NCBI RefSeq assembly: GCF_000940845.1 | Contig: NZ_CP010341.1 | Coordinates: forward strand, 1,980,001-2,012,000 | Length of the DNA: 32,000 nucleotides | Direction of reading: 5' to 3' | From: Propionibacterium freudenreichii subsp. freudenreichii | Lineage (GTDB): Bacteria > Actinomycetota > Actinomycetes > Propionibacteriales > Propionibacteriaceae | Notes under the pieces: model-generated | Database searches by the model: none | Seen by the model: the letters and a program-made list of their open reading frames with translations, nothing else | Told to the model about the DNA's origin: nothing | Shown here: one piece after another, positions 7,780 to 16,417 of the stretch | Numbering within the stretch: position 1 is the stretch's first letter | How the letters are laid out: every line of letters begins with the position of its first letter | Made by a program: the position numbers and the translations under genes

Positions 7780-8967
7780 ATGAGCGACCAGTCCGGAAAG
7801 GACCCGTCCCCCGAACTCTCAGCACTCACCCGGGCGGTGCGTGCCGGGCTGGACACCGACACCCAGTTCGGATCGGTGGTGCCGGCGCTGTATCCCAGCA
7901 CCAACTACCGCTTCCCCAGCATCGACGAGCGTCCGCCCTTCGACTACTCGCGCTCGGCCAATCCGACCCGGGCGATGTTGGCCAGGACCCTGGCGACCAT
8001 GGAACACGGCGAGACCGCCACGGTCACCGGCTCCGGACTGGGCGCCATCACCGCGACCGTCGAGGCACTGACGGGCCCGCGGGGCCGCGTCGTGGCGCCC
8101 ACCGACTGCTACGGCGGCACCTGGCGGTTGCTTGACCATCTGGCCACCAAGCAGCGCATCGACGTCGAGTTCGTCGACATGTGGGACCTCGACGAGGCCG
8201 CCCGTGCGCTGGCGACGCCGGCCGAGCTGGTGTTCGTGGAGACGCCGTCGAATCCGCTCATGCGCATCACCGACGTGGCCGCCGTGGCCCGGTTGGCGCA
8301 CACGGCGGGCGCGACCGTGGTGGCCGACAACACCTTCTGCTCACCGTTGCTGCAGAATCCGCTCACCCTGGGCGCCGACGTGGTGGTGCATTCCACGACC
8401 AAGTTCATCAACGGCCACTCCGACGTGGTGGGCGGGGCCGTGATCTCCAAGACCGCCGAGACCGGTGAGCTGGTGGCCCACTGGGCCAATGCGCTGGGCC
8501 TCACCGGTGGCGCCTGGGATTCCTGGCTGACGCTGCGGGGGCTGCGCACGATCGACGCCCGCATGCGCGTGCACCAGGCCAATGCCGCCGCCGTGGTCGA
8601 ACTGCTGAGCAACCACCCGGCCGTGCAGGCCGTGTACTACCCCGGCCTGGCCACGCATCCCGGGCACGACCTGGCCGCACGCCAGCAGTCCGGCTTCGGT
8701 TCCTTGCTGAGCTTCGAGCTGACCGGCGGCATCGACGCGGTGCGTCGCTTCACCGACGGGCTGCAAATCATCGACCTGGCCGAATCACTGGGCGGCACGG
8801 AGTCGCTGCTGGCCCATCCGGCCACCATGACCCATGCCGGCATGTCACCCGAGGCCCGAGCAGCCGCCGGCATCACCGACTCGCTGCTGCGGCTCAGCCT
8901 GGGCATTGAGCCGGTGGACGACCTGCTCAACGAGATCCGCTCGGCCCTCGACCGCGCCGTCGCCTGA
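7780..8967 (+). CDS. metB: Cystathionine gamma-synthase (Cys/Met-metabolism PLP enzyme)
   Basis: ATG 7780 (AGGAGGA upstream) gives MSDQSGK...AVRAGLDTDTQFGSVVP...YSRSANPTR...VETPSNPLMRITD...HSTTKFINGHSDVVGG...MTHAGM. It is collinear with E. coli MetB along its whole length. Confidence 0.9.
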   Translation: MSDQSGKDPSPELSALTRAVRAGLDTDTQFGSVVPALYPSTNYRFPSIDERPPFDYSRSANPTRAMLARTLATMEHGETATVTGSGLGAITATVEALTGPRGRVVAPTDCYGGTWRLLDHLATKQRIDVEFVDMWDLDEAARALATPAELVFVETPSNPLMRITDVAAVARLAHTAGATVVADNTFCSPLLQNPLTLGADVVVHSTTKFINGHSDVVGGAVISKTAETGELVAHWANALGLTGGAWDSWLTLRGLRTIDARMRVHQANAAAVVELLSNHPAVQAVYYPGLATHPGHDLAARQQSGFGSLLSFELTGGIDAVRRFTDGLQIIDLAESLGGTESLLAHPATMTHAGMSPEARAAAGITDSLLRLSLGIEPVDDLLNEIRSALDRAVA

Positions 8968-8988
8968 CCAACCTTCCCCACTCTGCGT

Positions 8989-9024
8989 GCCCCTCCCCGC
9001 CGGGGGTGGCCCGCAGGGAGGGGG
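8989..9024 (+). terminator. GC-rich hairpin after metB: 9-bp stem gcccctccc/gggaggggc with an 18-nt loop
   Basis: The arms at 8989-8997 and 9016-9024 are perfectly complementary. The large loop and missing U-tract make its function uncertain. Confidence 0.4.
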
Positions 9025-9080
9025 CTGGCCCGTCGGGCGTCCGGGTGCCTGAACGCCCACAGGGGTGGCAGACTGGACGG

Positions 9081-10463
9081 GTGCCACGATTCCTGTCCGC
9101 CAAGCCTGATGCCAGGCTCATTCCGCTGCCGTGGAATGTGCCGCTGGCGAAGTGGCCCACCGAGCACCTCGTTGCCCTGCCACGCGGCATCTCGCGCCAC
9201 GTCGTGCGCTTCATCACGGTGGGCGATGAGGTCTATGCGGCCAAGGAAGTGATCGAGCACCTGGCGATCCACGAGTACCGGCTGCTGCATGACCTCACCC
9301 GCCTGGGCACCCCGGCCGTCGAGGCGGTGGCGGTGGTGAGTGGGCGTCAGGACCTCGAGGGCAACCCGCTCGATTCAATACTGATCACCAAGCACCTTGA
9401 GTTCGCCCTGCCCTATCGCTCGCTGTTCACCCCGGGTGTGCGCCACGAGACGGTGATGCGCCTGCTCGACGCGATGGTGGTGTTGCTGGCGCGCCTGCAC
9501 CTGCAGGGCTTCATGTGGGGAGATGTGTCCCTGTCGAACATCCTGTTCCGACGCGACGCAGGCTCATTTGCCGCGTACCTGGTGGACGCCGAGACCGGCG
9601 AACTGCATGACCGGCTCACCGACGGCCAGCGCGCCCACGACCTGGATATCGCCCGCACCAATGTGTTCGGCGACTTCTGTGACCTCCAGGCCGGCGGCAT
9701 GCTCGACGAGTCCCTCGACCCGATGGTGCTGGTGGACACGATCGAATCCCGCTACCAGGAGCTGTGGAACGAGCTCACCGGGATGGAGGAGTTCTCCGGC
9801 TCGGAGCTGTACCGCATTGAGAGTCGCGTGCGCAGGCTGAATGCGCTGGGATTCGACGTGGCCGAACTCGATATCCGCACCAGCGCCGACGGACAGACCG
9901 TGACCCTGCAACCGAAGGTGGTCGACGCCGGGCACCATTCGCGCCGACTGTTGCGGCTCACCGGGCTGGACACCGAGGAGAACCAGGCCCGACGCCTGCT
10001 CAACGACCTGGACACCTTCCGGGCACGCACGAACCAACAGGACGTCGACGAGGCGGTGGTGGCCCACCAGTGGCTCACCGAGTTCTTCGAGCCCGTGGTC
10101 AATGCCGTGCCGCCGGAGCTGCAGGGCAAGCGCGACCCGGCGCAGATCTACCACGAGGTGCTGGACTACCGCTGGTACATGTCGGAGCGCGAGAAGCGCG
10201 AGGTGCCGCTGTCGGTGGCCACCCAGGGCTATATCCGCGACATCCTGCGCAACCTGCCCGATGAGGCGATGGTGCGTGATGCCATGGTGCAGGTGCAGGA
10301 GGGCGACAACCGCCAGCTGGCCAATCCCTATGATCCCTCGCTGGGCTACGCCGACGATGACGACCTGCCCCCGGTGCACGATCCCTGGGAGGACGCGGCC
10401 CAGGACGTCGACGTGTCACAGCTGAACCACTTCGACATCAACGAACTGCGCGCCCGGGGCTGA
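9081..10463 (+). CDS. Conserved actinobacterial protein with an N-terminal RIO/Kdo-type kinase fold and a C-terminal DUF4032-like region
   Basis: ORF 9006..10463. I prefer GTG 9081 (VPRFLSAKPDARLIPLPWNVPLAKW). Kinase-like motifs: VYAAKEV (beta3 Lys), WGDVSLSNILF (catalytic D...N) and YLVDAETGE (metal-binding D). The DUF4032 assignment is from memory. Confidence 0.75.
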   Translation: MPRFLSAKPDARLIPLPWNVPLAKWPTEHLVALPRGISRHVVRFITVGDEVYAAKEVIEHLAIHEYRLLHDLTRLGTPAVEAVAVVSGRQDLEGNPLDSILITKHLEFALPYRSLFTPGVRHETVMRLLDAMVVLLARLHLQGFMWGDVSLSNILFRRDAGSFAAYLVDAETGELHDRLTDGQRAHDLDIARTNVFGDFCDLQAGGMLDESLDPMVLVDTIESRYQELWNELTGMEEFSGSELYRIESRVRRLNALGFDVAELDIRTSADGQTVTLQPKVVDAGHHSRRLLRLTGLDTEENQARRLLNDLDTFRARTNQQDVDEAVVAHQWLTEFFEPVVNAVPPELQGKRDPAQIYHEVLDYRWYMSEREKREVPLSVATQGYIRDILRNLPDEAMVRDAMVQVQEGDNRQLANPYDPSLGYADDDDLPPVHDPWEDAAQDVDVSQLNHFDINELRARG

Positions 10464-10519
10464 CGCCCTGCTGAGGCCCTGCGCCGGGCAGCCGCGCACC
10501 GGTCGGTGCGGGCTCGTGC

Positions 10520-10921
10520 CTAGTCGGTGTCGTCGTCCTCATCGCGGTCGACCTCGCGGAAGACCACGGAGATGGCATTGATGTCGTCGGCACCGAGGCT
10601 GATCAGGCCGCCACGATCGGCGGCCCGCAGGGTGTACCCACCGGCCTGTTCCGAGGCTGCGTCCGGCTTGGGGGCAACCGGCTCCTCGGTGGGAACCTCC
10701 ACGAAGAAGGGGTCGACCAGCTCATGCTCGGCACCCGCATCGAAGTCGATGCGGGTGCGTCCGCCCGTGCTCGTCGTGGCGTCATCACCGGACGCCTCGG
10801 GAGCCGCGGGGACCTTGTGCGTGCCCGGCACGACCGGACGCGGCACGGCGTCGCCCATCGCAGCCCTCACCTGATCGCCGATCAGATTGGCCTTGGGCCT
10901 GTGCTTGCGGATCTCTGCCAT
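10520..10921 (-). CDS. Acidic hypothetical protein, about 133 aa
   Basis: ORF 10520..10930. ATG 10921 (MAEIRKHRPKANLIGDQ...) has GAAAGG about 9 nt upstream. It has a low-complexity middle, a C-terminal LISLGADDINAISVVFREVD and an acidic tail DRDEDDDTD. I recognise no family. Confidence 0.55.
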   Translation of the reverse strand: MAEIRKHRPKANLIGDQVRAAMGDAVPRPVVPGTHKVPAAPEASGDDATTSTGGRTRIDFDAGAEHELVDPFFVEVPTEEPVAPKPDAASEQAGGYTLRAADRGGLISLGADDINAISVVFREVDRDEDDDTD

Positions 10922-11105
10922 CGTGCGCACCTTTCGCTGGGACCGGCACCCAGCCTAGTGGGGAGCACCCATGAGGGGGCTGGGACGACGCCCGGTGGCA
11001 GCTGCGAGCGCCCCACCGGGCCCCGGCCCCGTCCGGGGAAGGGTGCGCGGAGGAGGAACAAAGCAAGGGCACAGACAAAACACACAAAAAGGCATGGAGA
11101 AAGGG

Positions 11106-11136
11106 TTGGGGCCACGACAAGATGTCGTGGCCCCAA
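11106..11136 (-). terminator. Intrinsic terminator of the lldP-lutABC operon
   Basis: ttggggccacgaca-aga-tgtcgtggccccaa forms a 13-14 bp stem. On the minus strand it is followed by T-rich sequence (cccTTTcTccatgccTTTTTgtgtgTTTTg). It lies 27 nt after the lutC stop. Confidence 0.7.
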
Positions 11137-11162
11137 CCCCTGATGATTCAGCTCAGTGAGCC

Positions 11163-11819
11163 TCAGTCCTCAACAAGCACCACATAGAGCTTGCGGGGGC
11201 CGTGCACGCCGTCCACACGGGACAGCTCGATATCGGACGTTGCCGAACCGCCACTGATGAAGGTGAGCGGGTGACCGGCATGGACCGACGGCTTGAGCGC
11301 CTGGATCGACTCGGGGACATCCGAGACGACCTCGCTGGCCCGCACCACGCAGACGTGACGATCAGGCACCAGGCTCAGGGCGCGACGGCCCTGGTCCTCG
11401 GTGTGGTCGAGCACGATGGTGCCGGTGTCGGCGATGGCCGAGGCCGAAGCCGTGACCACTGCGTCGGTGCCGTCGAGTTCCTTGTTCGACAGCTGGGGCT
11501 CGTCATTGCTCACCGTGTAACCGGCAGCCTTGATGGCCTTCACCCAGGACTCGTCGAGGCCTGCGGGCACCACCACCGATTCCTCGGCGCCGGTGGCCTT
11601 CAGTCCTGCGACCACGGCCTCGGGGATTCCGGCTTCGCGGGTGCGCACAACCGTGGCCGAGTAGTCCTCGACCTTCTCCTGGAAGGTGCCCACGACGTCT
11701 TCCATCTCGATGCCGCCGCCATAGGTCCAGTTGACGGGCTGGTCCTTGACCGGGTCCTTCTCAGTGATGTCGATCGTGGCCCGACGAATGCGGGCGAGAA
11801 TCTCTTGCTTCGCGTCCAT
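11163..11819 (-). CDS. lutC: Lactate utilization protein C (LUD domain, YkgG-like)
   Basis: ORF 11163..11819, MDAKQEILARIRR...; it is the last gene of the lutABC arrangement. Confidence 0.9.
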   Translation of the reverse strand: MDAKQEILARIRRATIDITEKDPVKDQPVNWTYGGGIEMEDVVGTFQEKVEDYSATVVRTREAGIPEAVVAGLKATGAEESVVVPAGLDESWVKAIKAAGYTVSNDEPQLSNKELDGTDAVVTASASAIADTGTIVLDHTEDQGRRALSLVPDRHVCVVRASEVVSDVPESIQALKPSVHAGHPLTFISGGSATSDIELSRVDGVHGPRKLYVVLVED

Positions 11820-11824
11820 TGCGA

Positions 11825-13363
11825 TTACCTCTCGTCCTCAACGCGGTTCTGCTTCCACCAGTCGCGGAAGGTCTGGGTCGGAATCGGCTGCACATCGCGG
11901 TACTTGAGCCAGCGTTCGGCAACCGGCACCGGGATGGGCCCAAGGGGCTTGTTGCCGAGCACACGACCCGCGGCGCGGGTGGCGTACATGGTGGTCTCCC
12001 AATGCTTGTAGTCGCCAAGCACCCACTGGGCGGCCTTCATGATGCCCTGCTCACCGAGCACCTCCACGTCACCGTGACCGTGGTCGATCTTCTCGGCCTG
12101 TGCCACCTGGTTGCGCAGGTGGATGATCACGTCGACGAAGGAGATCTTCACCGGGCACACCTCGGAGCACGCATTGCACAGCGAGCATGCGTACGGCATG
12201 CCGCGGTCGACCGGATCGTCCAGGCCACGCAGCTGCGGGGTCAGGGAGATGCCGATGGGGCCGGGGTAGACCGAGCCGTAGGCGTGGCCGCCGGCGCGCT
12301 CGTAGACCGGGCAGACGTTGATGCACGAGGCACAACGGATGCAGCGCAGCACCTGGCGACCGATCGGGTCGGCAAGCACATTGGTGCGACCGTTGTCCAT
12401 GAAGATGATGTGCTGTTCCTGCGGGCCATCATGGGGGGTGACGCCGCTCCACACGGAGTTGTACGGATTCATCCGCTCACCGGTGGCCGAACGGGGCAGC
12501 AGCTTCAGGAAGATCTCGAGATCGTCATAGGTCGGCAGGATCTTCTCGATGCCGACCAGCGAGATCAGGGTGTCGGGAAGGGTCAGGCACATGCGGCCAT
12601 TGCCCTCGGACTCCACGATCACCATCGAGCCGGTGTCGGCCAGGATGAAGTTGGCACCGGAGACGGCAACCTTGGCGCGCAGGAACTTCTCACGCAGGTG
12701 CAGACGCGCGGCGTCGGCCAGGTCGGGAGGATTCGAGCTGACATCCTCGGGAGCCGGACGGCCGTAGTTCTTCATCTCGCGCAGGAAGATCTCGCGGACC
12801 TCCGCACGGTTGCGGTGGATCGCGGGCACCACGATGTGGCTGGGACGGTCGTGGCCGAGCTGGACGATCAGCTCCGCGAGGTCGGTCTCCCAGGCCGCGA
12901 TGTTCTGCGACTCGAGGTACTCGTTGAGGTCGGTCTCCTGAGTGGTGATCGACTTGATCTTGACGACCTCATCGACGCCCTTGGACTTCGCGATGTCGCC
13001 GACGATCCGGTTGGCCTCGGCGGCGTCGCGGGCCCAGTGGACCTGCACGCCATGGGCGGTCAGGTTCTTCTCGGCCTGCTCCAGGTAGTAGTCGAGGTGC
13101 CGTCCCACGCGGTTCTTGATCTCGTAGGCGGCCTCACGCACGTCCTCCCAGTCCGGCGACTCAGCGACGCGGGTGGCGCGCTTGTTGCGGATGGTGGTCA
13201 TCGCGTTGCGCATGTTCTTGCGCTGCACGGCAAGCTTCAGCTCACCCTTGACGGCCTTCGAGAACTTCGGCATGCCCAGGAAGGTGCCGGGGTGCTCGGG
13301 AGCCGGGGTCAGGCGTGCCACACCGTAGTTGCCCTCGGTGATTCGACGCAGTTCGGTGCTCAT
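11825..13363 (-). CDS. lutB: Lactate utilization protein B (4Fe-4S protein, YkgF-like)
   Basis: It has two ferredoxin-type Cys motifs (CIRCASCINVCPVY and CSLCNACSEVCPVKI) plus a LUD domain. Its ATG overlaps the lutA stop (ATGA at 13360-13363). Confidence 0.95.
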   Translation of the reverse strand: MSTELRRITEGNYGVARLTPAPEHPGTFLGMPKFSKAVKGELKLAVQRKNMRNAMTTIRNKRATRVAESPDWEDVREAAYEIKNRVGRHLDYYLEQAEKNLTAHGVQVHWARDAAEANRIVGDIAKSKGVDEVVKIKSITTQETDLNEYLESQNIAAWETDLAELIVQLGHDRPSHIVVPAIHRNRAEVREIFLREMKNYGRPAPEDVSSNPPDLADAARLHLREKFLRAKVAVSGANFILADTGSMVIVESEGNGRMCLTLPDTLISLVGIEKILPTYDDLEIFLKLLPRSATGERMNPYNSVWSGVTPHDGPQEQHIIFMDNGRTNVLADPIGRQVLRCIRCASCINVCPVYERAGGHAYGSVYPGPIGISLTPQLRGLDDPVDRGMPYACSLCNACSEVCPVKISFVDVIIHLRNQVAQAEKIDHGHGDVEVLGEQGIMKAAQWVLGDYKHWETTMYATRAAGRVLGNKPLGPIPVPVAERWLKYRDVQPIPTQTFRDWWKQNRVEDER

Positions 13364-14169
13364 GACTCGTCCTCCTCCGTGTTGGCCAGGATCTCGGCAA
13401 TGTGGATCGCCTTGACACCTGAGTTCTGGCGGGCCAGAACACCACCGATGTTCATGAGGCAGGAGTTGTCGCCCGCCACCACGTACTCGGCCCCGGTCTC
13501 ACGCACATGACGGGCCTTGTCGTTGGCCATCGTCGCGCTCATGTCGGAGTTCTTGATGCAGAAGGTGCCGCCGAAACCGCAGCACTGCTCCTTGGCCGGC
13601 AGGTCGACCATCGTCATGCCGCGCACGTTCTTGAGCAGCTCGTAGGGACGATCACCCAGGTGCAGCAGGCGCAGGCCGTGGCAGCTGGGGTGATAGGTGA
13701 CCAGGTGCGGGAAATAGGCGCCCACATCAGTGACACCCAGCACGTCGACCAGGAACTCGGTGATGTCGAAGCTGATCTTGCTGGTGTGCTCCGCATCGCG
13801 CTCAAGGCCCTTGTCGCCGGCGGCCCTGGCCAGCATCGGATGCTGGTCGCGGACGGCGGCGGTGCAGGAACCCGACGGGGACACGACGTAGTCGTAGTCG
13901 CCGAAGGCCTTCACATACGAGCGAACCATGCCCATCGACTCATCGAAGTAGCCGGTGTTGGTGGTGATCTGCGCGCAGCAGGTCTGTTCCTTCGGAAAGT
14001 GGACGCGGCAACCGAGCCGCTCCAGCAGCTTGGTGACTGCGACGCCGGTCTGCGGGAACATCACGTCGTTGATACACGTGACGAACACTGCGACGTCGAG
14101 TCCCGCGCCCGGGAGCCCCGGTGTCGCGGCCCGTCCGGTTATCCCGGACGAGTTGGTCGTGGTGGTCAT
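13360..14169 (-). CDS. lutA: Lactate utilization protein A (CCG-domain Fe-S oxidoreductase, YkgE-like)
   Basis: VAVFVTCINDVMFPQTG...FPKEQTCCAQ and ...KEQCCGFGGTFCIKN (CCG motifs). GGAGG lies upstream of ATG 14169. Confidence 0.93.
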   Translation of the reverse strand: MTTTTNSSGITGRAATPGLPGAGLDVAVFVTCINDVMFPQTGVAVTKLLERLGCRVHFPKEQTCCAQITTNTGYFDESMGMVRSYVKAFGDYDYVVSPSGSCTAAVRDQHPMLARAAGDKGLERDAEHTSKISFDITEFLVDVLGVTDVGAYFPHLVTYHPSCHGLRLLHLGDRPYELLKNVRGMTMVDLPAKEQCCGFGGTFCIKNSDMSATMANDKARHVRETGAEYVVAGDNSCLMNIGGVLARQNSGVKAIHIAEILANTEEDES

Positions 14170-14209
14170 TGCAAAACCTCCAAGGGGTTGTTTTCGGGAA
14201 GATTCAGAT

Positions 14210-15973
14210 TCACTTGACCGACGCCGGCAGGATCCAACTCAGGATCGGCGTGGACATGAGGCCGGCCAGGATGCACATGAGGATGAGCAGGATGATCGAG
14301 TACTTGAACACCTTGCGCAGAATCGTGGACTCGCCACCGACCAGGCCGATTGCCGTGGCGGCGACCGTCAGCGACTGCGGCGAGATCATCTTGCCGACCA
14401 CGCCACCGGCTGCGCCGGCGCCGACCAGCAGGTCCTTCATGCCATTGACGCCCAGGTGCGAACCGGCGCCCATCTGGTCACCGACACCGGACTGCAGGCC
14501 GGAGAACAGGATGTTGGCCGAGGTGTCAGAACCGGTGACATAGGTGCCGATCCAGCCCAGGATCGGGGCCAGGAACGGATAGACGGCACCAGCGCCGGCG
14601 ATCCACAGGCCCAGGGCCAGCGTCTGGCCGGAGTCACCCATGACATAGGCCAGTGCGACGACCAGGCCGATCGTGGTCAGCGAGAACTTCATCTTCTTGA
14701 GGTTGACCCACAGTTCCTTGAACAGATCGGAGAACTTCACCCGGTAGATGATGCCCACCAGGATCGCGACGATGGCCAGCAGGAAGCCAGGCGTGGACAT
14801 CCACTGCCAGGTGTAGGACTGGTGCGCCGACGGCGAGGAGCCATTGGCGGCCATCATCTGCGACAGGCCGGGCCATGCCATCTTGACGTCGCCCTTGAGC
14901 AGGAAGCTCTTGATCGGGCCCAGCGCGGCGAAGGCGAAGATCGCGATGACCAGCACGTAGGGAACCAGGGCCATCATGATGCGACCACCGGTGAGATCAG
15001 CGGAAGCGTCCTCGGTCTTCTCAATGGCGCCAGCCTCGAGGGTGGTGTCCATCGGGATGCCGATGCGCTCAGCAGCAGCGGCGCCGCCCTTGGGACTCCA
15101 CACCTTCAGGAAGACCATGGCCAGGGCCACGGTGATGACGGCGGCGAAGATCTCGGTCAGGTTGTACAGGGCAGTACCGGCGACGATCCACTTGACGACG
15201 CCGAAGACGATGCCGACGAACAGACCGAAGGGCCAGCACTCCTTGATGCCCTTCTTGCCGTCCATGATCTGGAGCATGAGGAAGGGAACGACCAGGCAGA
15301 GGATGGCGCAGATGCGTGCGGTGACGGGGGCAATGTGCATCACGTCGAGGTTGGCCGTCTTGGCGGCCATCAGCACGGGCAGACCGACGGCACCGAAGGC
15401 CACGGGCACCGTATTGGCGACCAGAGCGGTGACGGCTGCGCGAAGCTTGCCGAAGCCGACCGCGATCAGCATGGCGGCGGCGATGGCCACGGGGGCGCCA
15501 AAGCCGGCGAGGGCCTCCAGCAGACCACCGAAGCAGAAGGCGATGAGGATGCCGAGCACGCGCGGATCGTCACTGATCATGAAGAACGTGCGGCGCAGGT
15601 CATCGAAGCGTCCGGAGATGACGGTGACCTGGTACATCCAGATGGCGGCCAGCAGGATCCAGCCGATGGGGAACAGGCCGTAGAGGAAACCCTGGACACT
15701 GGTGGAGAAGGCCATGCCGATCGGCATCTTGAACGCCGCGATGGCCACGACCAGTGCCAGGAACCACGACGCCAGTCCTGCCCAGTACGCCTTCCATCGC
15801 AGCGCGCCAAGGGTCACCAGCATGCAGGCAATGGGAATGAGCGCGACCAATGCCGACGCCCACTGATGCCCTAATGGGTTCGTGTTGGGTGTGAAGACTT
15901 GTAGCAGGACCACGGAGGACCCCCCGATCTGTGGTGAGAGAACTACTGCACCGAGATCTCGACTGTGAGACAT
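14210..15973 (-). CDS. lldP: L-lactate permease (LctP family)
   Basis: ORF 14210..16006 is a polytopic membrane protein collinear with E. coli LldP from VLLQVFTPNTNPLGHQWASALVALIPI onward. The start is ambiguous: ATG 15973 or GTG 15913. GTG 15913 aligns best with the E. coli N-terminus. TTG 16006 is unlikely because it would overlap the predicted promoter and operator. Confidence 0.92.
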   Translation of the reverse strand: MSHSRDLGAVVLSPQIGGSSVVLLQVFTPNTNPLGHQWASALVALIPIACMLVTLGALRWKAYWAGLASWFLALVVAIAAFKMPIGMAFSTSVQGFLYGLFPIGWILLAAIWMYQVTVISGRFDDLRRTFFMISDDPRVLGILIAFCFGGLLEALAGFGAPVAIAAAMLIAVGFGKLRAAVTALVANTVPVAFGAVGLPVLMAAKTANLDVMHIAPVTARICAILCLVVPFLMLQIMDGKKGIKECWPFGLFVGIVFGVVKWIVAGTALYNLTEIFAAVITVALAMVFLKVWSPKGGAAAAERIGIPMDTTLEAGAIEKTEDASADLTGGRIMMALVPYVLVIAIFAFAALGPIKSFLLKGDVKMAWPGLSQMMAANGSSPSAHQSYTWQWMSTPGFLLAIVAILVGIIYRVKFSDLFKELWVNLKKMKFSLTTIGLVVALAYVMGDSGQTLALGLWIAGAGAVYPFLAPILGWIGTYVTGSDTSANILFSGLQSGVGDQMGAGSHLGVNGMKDLLVGAGAAGGVVGKMISPQSLTVAATAIGLVGGESTILRKVFKYSIILLILMCILAGLMSTPILSWILPASVK

Positions 15974-15989
15974 CGGTTCATCTCTCGAC

Positions 15990-16019
15990 ACAATAGGTCC
16001 GACCAATTCGTCAGGTCAA
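15990..16019 (-). promoter_or_regulatory. Candidate lldP-lutABC promoter: -35 TTGACC, 18-nt spacer, -10 TATTGT
   Basis: The minus strand reads TTGACC-tgacgaattggtcggacc-TATTGT, 16 nt upstream of ATG 15973. The hexamers fit TTGACA and TANNNT. Confidence 0.5.
15995..16005. promoter_or_regulatory. LldR/FadR-subfamily-type operator palindrome
   Basis: Minus strand TGGTCGGACCT, within AATTGGTCGGACCTATT. It matches the GntR/FadR pattern tnGTnnnACna and 9 of 11 positions of the C. glutamicum LldR operator TGGTCTGACCA as I recall it. It lies inside the promoter spacer. Confidence 0.5.
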
Positions 16020-16417
16020 GGCCGTTTGCCGCTTCTGACACAGAATGGCGACGCCAACGCGCAAACCGGTCTCGACCGCTGGTTGACGCCCCGTTCCGGG
16101 CGCGGAATTGGGGGGTGCGAAGTCTACCCTGTCAGACGCCCGCGGCCTCCAGCGGGTGGGGGTGATCGCGCTGCCGCCCGCGCTAACTCGTGCATCGGCC
16201 CGAGCGCTGCCGCGTGCATCGACCCGCTGTGGGCACGTCCTTGCACGAGCTCGGCGCGTCGTGCGACGGCGGTGAACATCGGTGCAGCATCGCGATCTCA
16301 TCGGCCCAACAGTCGCCATCTTTTTTGAACATCGGTAACAATGGCTGCATGCAGGCATCCAGCGCGGGGGGCGTCACCACTCTCGAAGGCACAGAGCGAT
16401 GCCAGGACTGCGCCATC

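Noticed and set aside
11819-13510. 563-aa + strand ORF, with similar long ORFs at 13955..15874 (+), 5003..6256 (-), 22332..23672 (-), 23203..24540 (-), 3427..5247 (+), 9564..10379 (-) and 30392..31708 (+)
   Set aside because: All lie antisense to genes with clear homology (lutB, lldP, sdaA, ansP-2, ansA, M20, the DUF4032-like gene, senX3). Their translations are Arg/Gly/His/Asp-rich low-complexity strings with no motifs. Such stop-free antisense frames are expected in roughly 67% GC DNA.
16068-16079. Second palindrome CGGTCtcGACCG in the lldP/lldR intergenic region as a second LldR site
   Set aside because: The half-site spacing is GGT-N4-ACC rather than the GGT-N3-ACC of FadR-type operators and of the site at 15995-16005. 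It is probably fortuitous.
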